DNA from: Peribolospora baueri
Taxonomy: Eukaryota
Reading direction: 5' to 3'
DNA: 64,000 bases
Assembly: GCA_029717555.1 (NCBI GenBank)
Contig: JAMDHS010000005.1
Span: forward strand, 1-64,000
A program made the translations under genes and the position numbers. Shown one piece after another: positions 27,164 through 42,994 of the stretch; position 1 is the first letter of the stretch, and each line of letters begins with the position of its first letter. The notes below the pieces were generated by a model. The model was not told the DNA's origin. It ran no database searches and saw only the letters and a list, made by a program, of their open reading frames with translations.

Positions 27164-28172
27164 ATGTTGAAGGGTGATCGTCAATGGCCGTCGCTCCCTG
27201 GTTCGCTCCCTTTCAAAGTCATCTTAACGGCAGGCCCGCCTTCGACTCACCTTGCCGGCTGAAAAGGCGGACGTCCGGCGGTCGCGACCATGCAATCGAC
27301 TTTAACCCGTCTCGCCGAATTTGACAGGACATGGAGGTTCTCCTTCTCGAGGAGCGCCGAAGCGCTTCTCCTTTTCCGTCCATCTTATCCGCGGGCTATG
27401 ATCTCCATTACATTCACCCCATGAACTGAACCTCCCTCCCTATTCACTTTGCTCGTCCTCATTCTCGATCGGCCATGGGACTCCATAAACGTCTTCCTTA
27501 CAGCGTTCCCAATCGAAGTTTCCCTCTAACCGGCTTCATTCTAACCGACTCCATCCATCCAAACGCATATCCGACCATCCCTTTCATTTCGTTCCCACTC
27601 TCCCTCCTCCCCCGCCGTCGCCAGCAATACCTAGAAAAAAGTGTCCCCTTATCGTGTATAGTATGTCTCTTCAGTTCCAAGTGCAGCAACCACCAAAACC
27701 AATGAATGTGGCGGTATCGCTCAGTCCAGTCGCAAGCCGAGTTCCGTCTGGTGTACCAATGGAGACCCCATTCAGAAACAAGACCTGAAATTCGAGGACA
27801 AGCCATCCGAACTTGCACTGATCGGCCAGAATATTTTTCACTGTTGTTCCCCCGCTGACAGACGGAACACGGGGATCACCAATCCGTCGGTCCATTCGTC
27901 TCCTTGCCATTTATTATACTAGGACAAGAAACAGGAAAACTATGCGACGCGATAGACACGGGAGAGGCCAAGCTGACTTCAGACTCAACCCGGCGGACGA
28001 ACACTGACCGATTTAATCTCTCGTCTAGGATAGGAATGGGGAACTGAAAGGCATGAGGGATATTCCTAAAACGGAAAATGTAAGGAGACAACCCGTTTCG
28101 GGGCGCAGTACGACCGGACCGGCTGCTTGACCGAAGGGGCCTAACAAACAATTGCTGGAAAGGAGGTAACGT

Positions 28173-32215
<4,043 letters not shown>

Positions 32216-32394
32216 GAACCGTTTCTTTATCCCTGGCGTGCGTGGCGAGCGAAGAGGCGAGTGATGGCCGTCGTCGTCGTCGTCAGGGCCCACTGGGCAA
32301 GACGCGAAAAGAAATGACCCGTATCGGCGCGAGGTGGTAAGGTTCGAAGCGGTAACTGTAGGCGTTTCCGACGTACAATCTACGCAAGTCACTG

Positions 32395-32433
<39 letters not shown>

Positions 32434-32781
32434 ATGATGGAGTCGATCAAACCGCTGCTCGTCGTTCCACACCTTTTCTTCTGACTCGGTCCGGCCCGAT
32501 CAAGCTTCCTGCTTGGCCCGACCACGTGCTTCTCGCCGCAGTGGTCACGTGATGATGATTCCCGTTCCAACCCTATTGCTGCCCGATTGGGTGACAGCAC
32601 GTGACGCAGACCTTCGATCACCGATTCCAGAAGAAGCACCGGAGATATATGGAGAGTTAAGTAGATGGAGGTGCGATAAGTCGTCCGGACATGGGCTCTT
32701 CTCGTGCCTCTCGTCGACCCTTCATTCCGCCGTGCGCGCCTGACGCACCCTGCTCCTCCGCGCACCTTGTCTCTTCTACCA

Positions 32782-34413
32782 ATGGAAACTTATCCCTCTC
32801 CGCTCCGCGCTCGCTTCGCACCATACATGACCTCGGCTCCCTCGGCCACCCCCACCTCGCCGTCTTCGCACCGCAAGCGGCCTAGGGCATCGGGGCGGGG
32901 CCTCGTCTCGTCCTCTCGCTCCCATCATCATCCTCTTGCTCCTTCTCTAGTTTCACTTTCAGAGGCATCCACTATCACGTCAATCCCAGCGGACCTGGCT
33001 TCCTCTGGCACGGCGACCGAGGTTGGACGACCATGGGCGACCCGCGCCCGGACGTCGTCAGGATCTTCGAACGAGCGTGACGACCATGACCGGGACGGAG
33101 GACATGCAGATGATGAGGAAGAGGCAGAGGCGACGTCTCCGAGACCGAGCAAGCGCATCCATCTCGACTCGAGCTTTGCCAATCTCAGCTTGGAGCATCA
33201 CCCCGTCTCGACTGCGGGGCGCGCCGCCGTCTTGCCCCCGGATGCGGCCGGGCTGTCCGCTGCGACTCCCGCCATTGTGCCCTCTTCAGGGGCTGGAGAG
33301 CGGTCGTGGTCCGGCGATGTGGCCTTACCGTCGTCGAGCGCTGGCTCGACTTTCCGAGTTCTAGCAGCACCGGCCTCAGCCACAGCAATCGCTCAGCAGC
33401 CCACCTCCGTCCCGCCGTCTACATTCACGCCGCTGTCCTGTGTGGACCCGCACGCTCCTTTCGATACCTTCTCAGTGCCATCCCCTCCGTCAACAAGCCC
33501 CAGTTCTTCTCTTCCCGAAGTCCGAATGCGCAAGCTCCACTCCTACGAGCCGGAGAAGGATAGGGTGGTGGTGCTCGATTTGGACAGCGATTCGGACGAG
33601 GAGGCTGTGGGCGAGGAGGAGCTTCGACGACAGGAGCAGAGGAGGGCCTTTTGGGAGGCTTTTAACGTTAGGTCGGCGGAGAAGAGGAGCGGTAGCGGCC
33701 GAAGGAGGTCGGGAGGTGTTGGCAGGCCGGTCTCGTCGGAGGATGACGTACGAGAGCGCGACGGGTTTCGCAGGGCCGTTCGACATCTCGGTGTCTCCCA
33801 CTCTGGATCCGACTTGGAGATCTCCCAACGACGAAGGAGACGAAGGAAGGAGGGCTCGCAGTTTGATCAGCATGACCCGGTAAAGTTGAGATCGGACCCC
33901 GACTCCTGCACCGACTCCGAAGGGGAATCTGAGGAAGGCTTGCCACGACCCCCTTCGTCAGAGTACTTCATCCCTCCTTCGATCATTGACCATCTCAAGC
34001 GAACCAATCCCGTCCTCCGGCCTGCTGGTGTGGGACATGCAACGGGATCGAGACCAGGTGGAGGAGGCGGTGGAGAAGGGCAGCTCGTGCTCTGGAGTCC
34101 TAGTGTTTGGTCTCCCCTGTCCCGGTCTGCCTCCCCCGACGCCGCGTCCGAGGCCTCCTCTCCGCTTCCATCGAGGTCCGCCTCCGTTGGAATGGTTCGC
34201 GATGCGTGTACAAAGAGCGGTAGTGGGTCAGGAGTAGACTTCACGAGTCGGCTGAGCATCACGAGTGTCGTCGGCGATGACGATCGCCGCTATGAAGACG
34301 ACGATGACGTGAAGATGGATTCGACGTCGATCGGCACGCCCAAGTGGAAAGGGCTCGGTGGGAGAGGGGAGACAGGTGTAGGCATGGAGGTGGACGAGAT
34401 GGATCTCTCTTGA
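32782..34413 (+). CDS. Intronless Ser/Pro/Arg-rich hypothetical protein with short conserved-looking motifs
   Basis: Uninterrupted ORF of about 543 codons from the ATG at 32782, divergent from ALA1, with NLS-like RKRPR and the motifs FANLSL, SYEPEKDRVVVLDLD and QLVLWSP. Confidence 0.75.
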   Translation: METYPSPLRARFAPYMTSAPSATPTSPSSHRKRPRASGRGLVSSSRSHHHPLAPSLVSLSEASTITSIPADLASSGTATEVGRPWATRARTSSGSSNERDDHDRDGGHADDEEEAEATSPRPSKRIHLDSSFANLSLEHHPVSTAGRAAVLPPDAAGLSAATPAIVPSSGAGERSWSGDVALPSSSAGSTFRVLAAPASATAIAQQPTSVPPSTFTPLSCVDPHAPFDTFSVPSPPSTSPSSSLPEVRMRKLHSYEPEKDRVVVLDLDSDSDEEAVGEEELRRQEQRRAFWEAFNVRSAEKRSGSGRRRSGGVGRPVSSEDDVRERDGFRRAVRHLGVSHSGSDLEISQRRRRRRKEGSQFDQHDPVKLRSDPDSCTDSEGESEEGLPRPPSSEYFIPPSIIDHLKRTNPVLRPAGVGHATGSRPGGGGGGEGQLVLWSPSVWSPLSRSASPDAASEASSPLPSRSASVGMVRDACTKSGSGSGVDFTSRLSITSVVGDDDRRYEDDDDVKMDSTSIGTPKWKGLGGRGETGVGMEVDEMDLS

Positions 34414-34649
34414 ACGAAGCATGACGAGTCTCGTCCGCACACCGTTCGCTCGCACGGGATCGCACATCTCTCTTGTCGTCCGGGTCTTCTCTCGTAAATC
34501 TCTAGCCGTCCAACCACATCACGTTAGTTTTGTACCATATGTATCCTAGACCCGCACATTCAATGCATCCCGTAGCAAATCGCAATCTACCTTATTCTCC
34601 CCCCGAAGCCTCCGTCTATATTTGGCAGCAATGGCCGACAGTGCAATCA

Positions 34650-37600
34650 CTATCCCCCCTCCAGCTCCACCTCCGTGAGCGCCTGCAGCTGAACGGCCTT
34701 TTCTTTCGCTCGGGTCCACTCCAAGCCATCGCCAAGTCCTCCTTCATCGAATGGCCCCCGTTCCCGCTCCTCCTCGTCCAACAGACCGAAGGCGAGCAGC
34801 GCCTTGAGCACAAGGAGGTGGAATGCGATATTGGCGGCGACGGAGAACGCCCTCGGCTTTGGAGTCCGCTCTGGGGGCACGTTCTCCTCCTCGTTCGCCG
34901 GACCCTCACTCCCTTCTTGTATCTCCAATGTGTCCACCAGTCTCTCCAGCGTCCGCAAAACCTGCTGTCGTCGTCGAGGAGGAGCCGTAACGCCCATATC
35001 GACATCATTTAGAAGAAGGAACGCGGACAGCATTCGGCGTACAAGTCGAGCCTCTCTGTCTGGGTCCCGGTAGACATTGGGCGGCTCGAAGGCGAACAGT
35101 AGTGAGGCCGGTTTGGAAATCGCGCGGATTGTGTCGTCTGAAGGAGAGTCGGTCAAAAATGGACGCACTGGGTTTGTCAGATGCTCGTCCGGCCGAGTCG
35201 GTCGACTGATGGAGTGACGTGACGAACATCCCTTCCTTTCCAATCCTCACACTCACCCAATTCGCTTTGCTTGGGCACCAGCGAAGACCACAGCCACTCT
35301 GTCCAAAACCTTCTTCCCTCCTCTCCATCCATCTTCCGCGCGCAGTACCAGTCGCACATCCAACGCATTGCACGTTCGACGCTCATTTCGCTCGTGCTCG
35401 CCAAGCCCATAGACCGCGGGCTGAGCAAGGTCTGGCCTTCTCCAGGCGTCACTGTACCGTATGGGGGAGAGATTCCGAAGTGGATTTCAGCGGGAAGGCG
35501 CTCGCTTATTAATTTGGCGGCCTCTTCTCGAACAGCTGGATCGTCGTCGCTCAGGAGGCGGATGACGAGGAGACGAGCGCGGAAGAGGGCCTGAACATTA
35601 TTGAAAGCAGGAAGGTCTGCACGCTGGGTGGGGTCGAGTGCCGGGAAGAGTTGACTGGAAAAGCCTTTGAGGGAGAGGATGACGGCGTAGCGTGACTGCT
35701 CGGACTGTGGCGGCAGAATGCCGTCGGTGGGGAGAAAACGACAAGCGATGCAACTCTGTGACCGCCGCTCCTGCCGATGGAGAAGAACGTTATGAAGCAC
35801 CCACCTGCTCTTCATCGGCCCAAGTTTCCAGTAGTGGTACGAGATGGGATATAGGTATCGTCGTCTCATACGAAGCCTAAGAACGGAAGCAGCGAAAGCG
35901 AGAAGCAATGTCAATATGTCATGCTCTTCCGTCCAGGCCTCCTTTTGCTCACCTCCTTCAGAAGGATGCCAAGCAAGGGCAAGATCGCCTCCCTCAGTGG
36001 CACGCAGGCGGTGCGTTCGGTCAGCTCGAAAAGCGATCGCCAAGCTTCCAGCGGGTAGCGACTTTCTAGATTCGAGCTTGAGCCGGCTTCCATATCCGAC
36101 GCCCAGACCAATTCCTCCGCTAGTTTCTGGGAAGCCAACACTCGACAACGCGCGCTCTGGGAGGCATCAAGGACGACGCTAAGCAAGGTTGCTCGCCGCT
36201 GTCGCGAGTCCCGATCGTCGACCGACGATCGTTTAGACATTTGAGTCTCATCCAGAGCCACCAAGCGCACAGTGTCGACGGCATGCTCGAGCAGAAGCGT
36301 AACATCGCTGCCGTTCGAGCTCGACAGGCATTGCGCAGCCACACTGAGCATGTAAGGCTCAGCCGGCAGGAGATCCGCCGGCTTCGTGAGCCGAGACGTT
36401 TTTTCTAAGCGCCTCGCCGCCCATATGCGCACGAGCCCGAGTGTTTCTGCTTCTCCACCACCGAGTTTCGAGAGTAAGTCTTGAAGTGCGAGCACGACTT
36501 CCAAGAAGGCGGCTTGAGAGGCTGGGCAAGGGTTAGCGCCCAGAAGTTCCGGCCCGCGCTGGGCGAGCCGTCGGTCTAGACTTGCCAGTTCCTCAAGAGC
36601 ATTTGGCGAGCCTTCTGGGTCAGCGGTAGCGAGGAGCCGGCGCATTTGAAGCAACCTGCCATGCAAGCCGTTCTGGGAGGCAAGGGAGCATCGCGATAGG
36701 AGCGACACGCACGTCTTGAGCGAATCGGCGGAACGCACGAGTGAAGATAGGGAACGAGCGGCGGTTTCACGAATCTGCGAGCGAAGAGAAAATGGCGCTT
36801 TGAGCCGACAAAATGGTATAGATCTTGGGAGCGCGAGCAAACGTTTGCCTACCTTCCATATCCGGCTCTCTGCACAGGATTCGACGAGGGGAAGGAAGGG
36901 AAGCACATTGAACTTGCTGTCATCGGCCGAGTTGAGCGCTTGGCACCGTGAAAACATCATCAGAACGGCGAAAAGGGAGCTGTGGAGGTCGGAGGACTGA
37001 AGGAATAAGGCATCAGCCGCCGTTGCTCACCACCAGGCAAATGTCCCTGTCAGCCAAGGCCGTGGAAGGTAAGGCCAATAAACTTACTGGCAAGTCGTGC
37101 AAGCCTTTCGCAACTGCTGTCTTTAGCTCTTCTTGTAGGAAAGGGTAAAGGCCAGGAAAGCGGCCGAAGAACTCCTCCAGCGGGAGACGGGCGCTCCGTT
37201 CGTCGAGATTGTTCCTTCGCGATCCAAACGCTCTATCGCACAATGCGGCGAACAGCATCATGGAGGCGTTCCGGATGCCCCAGCTACGATAAAGGAGATA
37301 TAATACGTGTGAAATGGTGAGAGGAATTCTGGTAAGAGAGGTTAGAAGCCGCCTACCTCTGGGAGGAAAAGCCTTCGATGGAGAGTTTGAAACCGTCTTC
37401 AATGAAATAGGCCATGGCAGTGCTGAGCTGAGCGTCCAACATCAACACTCTGAAAACGTTGAAGGCGTGAATCCTGTCGTTGACAACATTCCATCGGCGA
37501 AGGATTGGCTATCAATCATCTTGTAGGCTCCGACCGCCCAAAGAAAGACGACGGAAGACCAAACTCACTTCGCCACGTCGGTAGTTCCCTGGCTCCGGGC

Positions 37601-40600
37601 AGCGTCGAAAAGGTGCCTCACCGTTGAGCGCAAAACGGCCTCTTGGTCGCGGGGCTGCGCGACCAAGAGCGCCAACACGCAATAGGGAACGCCAGCGCTT
37701 CGGCGGGTAGTGGATAAAATTGGGGAGAAGATGACTTTAAGGTAGCCCTGTAGAGTCGATATCGTACGGTTCAGATAGATGAAAACCCGCTTCGTCTCGC
37801 GGAAAGAGACAGATTGGGACGTACCTCCACCCAAGCCTGCGGAAGTTTGTCAATATCCTCCCATCCACTGCGAATGACGGCAGCGGCAGCGACGGAATAA
37901 GACGGATAAAGAGTCGAGAAAGCTCCACGGTGCCTGATCTGAGTGAGCCAGGTGTTGAAGTAGTCGCCGGCCACAGCGATCTCTTCCGGCGTCCAAATTG
38001 CCCGTTGGACTTCCTCGCCTTGGGAGAGCGTACGGGATATGAGAACTCCGAGGAGAGCGCTAACCAACGTGATACGATGACAGAATGAGCTCGTCTGTCG
38101 CGCTTTCCCGCGGCCCATGGAAGTGGAGAAGTGCCACTCACCCGGCCTCCTTCATGGCCCTCCAAGCAAAGCTCAAAATGACCTGGAATCGTGGCCCTGA
38201 CTGCACCTCCGCCATTGCATCACCTCCGTCCTTTTGTGCGGCATTCAAAGCTCTCGCCTCCTCAAGGTCGGGCGTGACGACTTCGGCGATTCTAGAGGCC
38301 TCCTCCTGATCGTTTTCGCCCCCCTGGTCGGCGCTGCCTTCGGGTGCAACGTTGCACAGCACCGCTTTAGTCAATTCCCATGTCTGGTTGATGAGGCTTA
38401 CGGCGCGCCGAATGACGCTCCTCCAGGCGGACAGGTGGGCAACTTGGGAAGGGTCCGATAAGTCGATCGCCATGAAAACGTGCCTGAAACAAGCACAGGG
38501 GGCGAATCCGGTGAGAAATCTACCTTTTCCTGTTGTTTGAGGACGCGACTCACTGAAGTGCCACCTGGAGACCATGCAGGGGATGACGCTCGGCAGCGAC
38601 CAAGAGATCACGCTTTGCGACGGAGACTAGAGCCTCAAAAAAGTCCAACAAGTTGTCCACCAAGGCAACTAGAGACAGGAGTCGTTTGTCAGCTAAATCC
38701 TGCCTACGATGAAAGAAAATTAGCATAGACTCACGAACGGGAGGCCTCTGCAAGTGGGCAAGGTGTCCGGCCTCTGGAGTAGGTGACGACATGCCCACCA
38801 ACTCGGCCACCGAGCCGAACGTCCAGCCGGCTCGGAGGACGTATGTCTTCAGCACGAGCTTGACGAGCAGCGCTCCTGCCGAGCTCTCCGCGTCTCTCGC
38901 ACTGAGGAGCATCCTAGCCGCCTTGCCTACCAATGCCTTGACGTCTTCCTCGCTCTCCAACCCAGCCAGAGGGCCGGGAAATGCCTCGAGGATGGAGAGC
39001 GCGGACAGCTGGATGTCATCATACTTGCTCAGCATGAGGCGCAGCAGACGTCGAACGAGACACGGTGTGACAAGATCAATCTGGAAAGGAAAATCTTGAG
39101 GCTGGCCGGCGGACTTCACCGCGAGCGCCCGTACATCAGACTTGTCTTTGCCAGCGACCTTGGGAGAGACGATTCTGGGGATTTCTGATCGCTTGCTGGG
39201 GTCCGCAGGGGGCTCAGTGAAAAATCGGCGATCGATACCGGCTTTCAAAAGGAGGTTGAGAAAGCGCAAAGCGGCGATAATGTCGTGGTACGCCGCACAG
39301 GGATGTAAAGTGCGCAGAACGAGTCGGCGCACCCATCGGAGGAAGTCGTGGGCGTCGTCGACAACGTCCTCGAACCTTTTCAACCTCGCGTCCTCTTCGG
39401 AGGTCCGAACTTTGAGGTCACGGAGCTTGCTCGCATCCCTGTGTGCTGCATAAGTCGAGGCACGCAAGCGGATGAGAAGGGAGACGAAGGTACCGTTGAT
39501 GGTTTGTCGCACTTCTGGCTCAGTAGACGACAGATTGTATGAGAGGAACATCTTCAGGAGTTGGAGCGCCGGACGGCTGAGAGGCTGACTGGAAGAACGG
39601 GTGGAGACGATGAAGGCCAGAACAGATAGGCGCACGGTGGGCGAAGCGGCGGTTGCACAAGCACGGAGCACGTCTTGTGGGATGGCGATAGTCGATGACA
39701 GCGAAGACTCTTGGAAGTCTGACAATGAAAACAAGGAATGCGAGGAAGCGTCTTCTTTCGCATCCGCCGAGGCGATCTCGCACAGGCCGTGCGCCGCTCC
39801 TAATTGGAGAACGAGCAGCAGCGCCTCGAGCTTCGCTTCCGAGGTGGGATGGCCGTTCGCGGTGAGCCGATAGGCCAAGACGTAGAAGCTGGAGGGATCA
39901 AATTCGACGAGGCCGGGTAGGTGATATAGGCCGAGCATGCGTCTACCGAGTTCGTCCGGACCGGTCAGTGCGTGGACGAGCGCGTCGACCCAGAGGTGCG
40001 TCCACGCCTTCCAACGCTCCCCACGTTCCACGACCAACTTGTTCCTCTTGCTCAGCAGACCAAATTTCAAAGCCCACCGCTGGAGAAAGGTCAGGGCGAG
40101 CTTGCCTCTCCTTCCCGCTGAGCCGTCGGCAATGGAGATGGACCGGAGCAGCCTAGGATAGAGCGCGGGCTCGGCGGCCGCGACAAGCGAAGGATCCAGC
40201 TTTTCGAGGAGAAGCGAGAGCACCTGGAGATTTCTCTTGCGCTCCAGGCCCTCGAGAGAGCGATAGAGGAGGCGCTCAGCGAGGGGGACCGGCCGGCTGA
40301 CGCCGACACTGACCGAACTGCTCTGTTTGTCGTCGTGCTCGACGAGGGCGTAGAAGTCGAGAAGCGATGACAGTGCTGCGTTGCATCGCAGGCTCGCGAT
40401 CGAGTTACTCGCATCCAAACAGTCCCAAACAATTCCGGAAAGACGGACTTGTGCCTCCTCCGGCGCTAAAACCGCTGCCAATGCTGCCAGGGCTTCGTCC
40501 TTCCTCGGAGGCGAGAAGAAGAGCCGGACGCGCTTGCACCATGCCGCTAGGAGCTCAAAAGCTGCGACGCCTTGAGTCGATAGCGGCACAGCGGAGATGG

Positions 40601-40824
40601 CATCCAGGATCTGTGCATAAGCTTCCAGCAGAGTTTGAAAGCTTGGTGAAAGAGATAGAATAGGAGGGTCAGTTAGAGAAGGCTACAAGACCCGCCGCAT
40701 ATCGCAAGGCTCCTGCTCACCCGCTCGCATCATCAGCGCATGTGCAAGATGCTACCAAGTTTGAAAGCCTTTCAAGGTCCTCATCCTTGCCCAAAGCGGC
40801 GGAAGACCGCGGTGGCGTGGACAT
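34650..40824 (-). CDS. TRM732: THADA/Trm732 (DUF2428) armadillo-repeat tRNA 2'-O-methylation cofactor; multi-exon
   Basis: VLCNVAPEG, ILSFAWRAMKEA, LTQIRHRGAFS, STTRRSAGVPYCVLALL, HAFNVFR, WGIRNASMMLFAAL..RAFG, FFGRFPGLYPFL, LFAFEPPNVYRD. The start ATG at 40824 is inferred. Confidence 0.88.
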
Positions 40825-41161
40825 CCGAGCGACGGGGACGAGGGGAACGAGCGTTTGCAAGGACGTACGCCGTACGTCGCCGGGGTTGAAGCGCCAAGAT
40901 AGAGGACGATAGTCAGTGATCGACTCGGTGCGAGGTTCGACCTTCTTAAACTGCTGCGGCCTGCCATGTGCGCTGCGCTGATGGTGCGCAAGATGTCGCC
41001 GCCCATCACTCGACTCCCGTCCCTCAGCCACAGCCAGACCCTTGCCGGTCAAAGCTCGTCTCGGTCTGCGTCGGCGCTTGCGCTCGCGCTCGCTCATCAG
41101 ACGGCCGGCCCGCTCGTTTGTTCGTACTTCGCTTTCTTTCGCCTTTGGCCACGGGCCAGCC

Positions 41162-42016
41162 ATGTCCGATGACCCTCGATCGCCGTCGTCCACCGCGGCG
41201 TCCTCCCTCGGCGGCGAAGACGAGGACTGGGACCGTGAGCTCTCGATTAGGCGTGTTTCAACCCCTTCCGCCGGCGGTGGCGCCACCAACGACATAGGCG
41301 ACCCCGAGTGCACGCCTCACAGCAGCCCTCAAAAGGCGGGCAGCATGGCAGCAGCGCGATCGACTGGAGCGAACGGATATGGCCCGGGTGCCGGCGGCGC
41401 TGCGTTCGTTCCTTTGAGCGGTGAAGAACGCGCGAGGCGAGCGAGGATCGCCATGGAGAAAGCGAAAGGCACCGCGCCGGAAGGAGAGGACAAGGAAGAG
41501 TGGGAGAAGGAGCTCGGCGACTGGGTAGGTGGTTTTCCGTCCACCGTTTCCTTGAACGCCGCGCTGGACGTGCCCACTGCGTCACTTCTCGTTTCACTTG
41601 AACAAGATTCCCAGAGCGGCCATCTTTCTGACATCATCGTCTTCTGCCTGCAGATTAACGCCTCCCCATCACCATACGAACATTCGCACGATCGCGCACG
41701 GATAGAAAGAGGCGGCGAGGGCGCGACGGCCGGCAAGGACGGCCCAGCCAAAAGAGGCTGAGCCGATGTGCACTCGACCCAGTGTGTACTGTACGTACGT
41801 CCTTCCAATGAGGCGATCGTTTTTCTGGACCGCAATGCGACTTCCAAGTTTGACGGCGCAGGCGGCACAGGAGGCACATGGCTATCCGCCCCCCAGTCGA
41901 CCTCCTTCATGTGGGCGAGAGGTAGCTTCGGTCGCTTACTTTGATCCCTGACGACTTTCATACGCTTCCAGAGTTGGTTGGGGCAGCAAGTGTACCAAAC
42001 GTCACGCTTCTCTTGA
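41162..42016 (+). CDS. Small hypothetical protein; exon structure uncertain
   Basis: ATG at 41162 opens MSDDPRSPSS...EEWEKELGDW, followed by a GTAGGT donor at 41525. Candidate acceptors at 41653 and 41705 and further intron-like segments follow; the end point depends on splicing (41761 or about 42016). Confidence 0.45.
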
Positions 42017-42994
42017 CATGAGACCACTAAGACCGAACCCGTCCTCAAGCTTCACTCCTGCGACTATTCCAACACGTGGCGAGAAGACGACACTACCTTC
42101 GACGGTGTATGAGGTGTTCGCTATCAATGTCGCCTTGTCTCACGATCGCGCTTGTTGGTGATTCACACCAGCCTCATTGTTTCTATCGACCTCGACCCTA
42201 TTGTCCCTTCGCCGCTTGACCACCGCCTCCGGCGATAGAAAGTGGCGCACGCAGCATGCTATCACAGCGATCGATAGATTTACTCTTACGACTTTGTCAC
42301 ATTCACCACCTCGTTACGCTCGCCCCTTTGCTGGGCTTTCTCGTCTAACACCCACCGTTTTAAATTCTTACGTTAAACCCGCTAACGCTGTTTGCAACCT
42401 CTCCTCCAGCCGGATCCGACAGCCCTTCGGCCCGTCCGTCTCCTATCGGTCCCCTGATGTCTCCAATGCTCTTCCCTTTCGCATGATGCCCTGTGCTTCG
42501 CTGCTATACCTCTTTCGCCCTTCCGTATAATCCAGTCCAGATGCTGCAGATCATGCATCTCCCCGGCCGAAGCCTTTGCGGCCAATGAATGGCCTTTCGC
42601 TCGCTTTGGTCTCGTTTCCTAATGCCCTTCTCGCACCGTACCGACAGCTTTGGGCCCTCGCGAAGACAACTCCCTCCGTTCTCTCGCGGCCACTGGTCCG
42701 TCTCGTTGGAAACGAGTTAGAATTAAGAGTACAAACGGGAAGACGACGGTGCGGATGCGGATGGACAGGGACAGAAGCATGAAAAGAGGGACGACTGGAA
42801 AAAAAGATAGAGGCTCGCTTCGGTTGGGCCGAGAAACGGCGTGAAGAGGGGAATAGCTACACTGACGCTGACTGGCGACCAAAGCAGAAACGCTCCAGCA
42901 AAGGATCCACTCGGGGAATTCGAGGGTATACAGAGAAGGAAAGGAGGTATGAAGAAGAGGGAATATTGACACGATCGACATCAGAGTGAGGCCA

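Noticed and set aside
27164..28172. 1-kb gap between convergent TOA1 and ALA1 as a hidden gene or snRNA
   Set aside because: No coherent exon chain and no U1/U2/U5/U6 or snoRNA signature recognised; best explained as two 3'UTRs.
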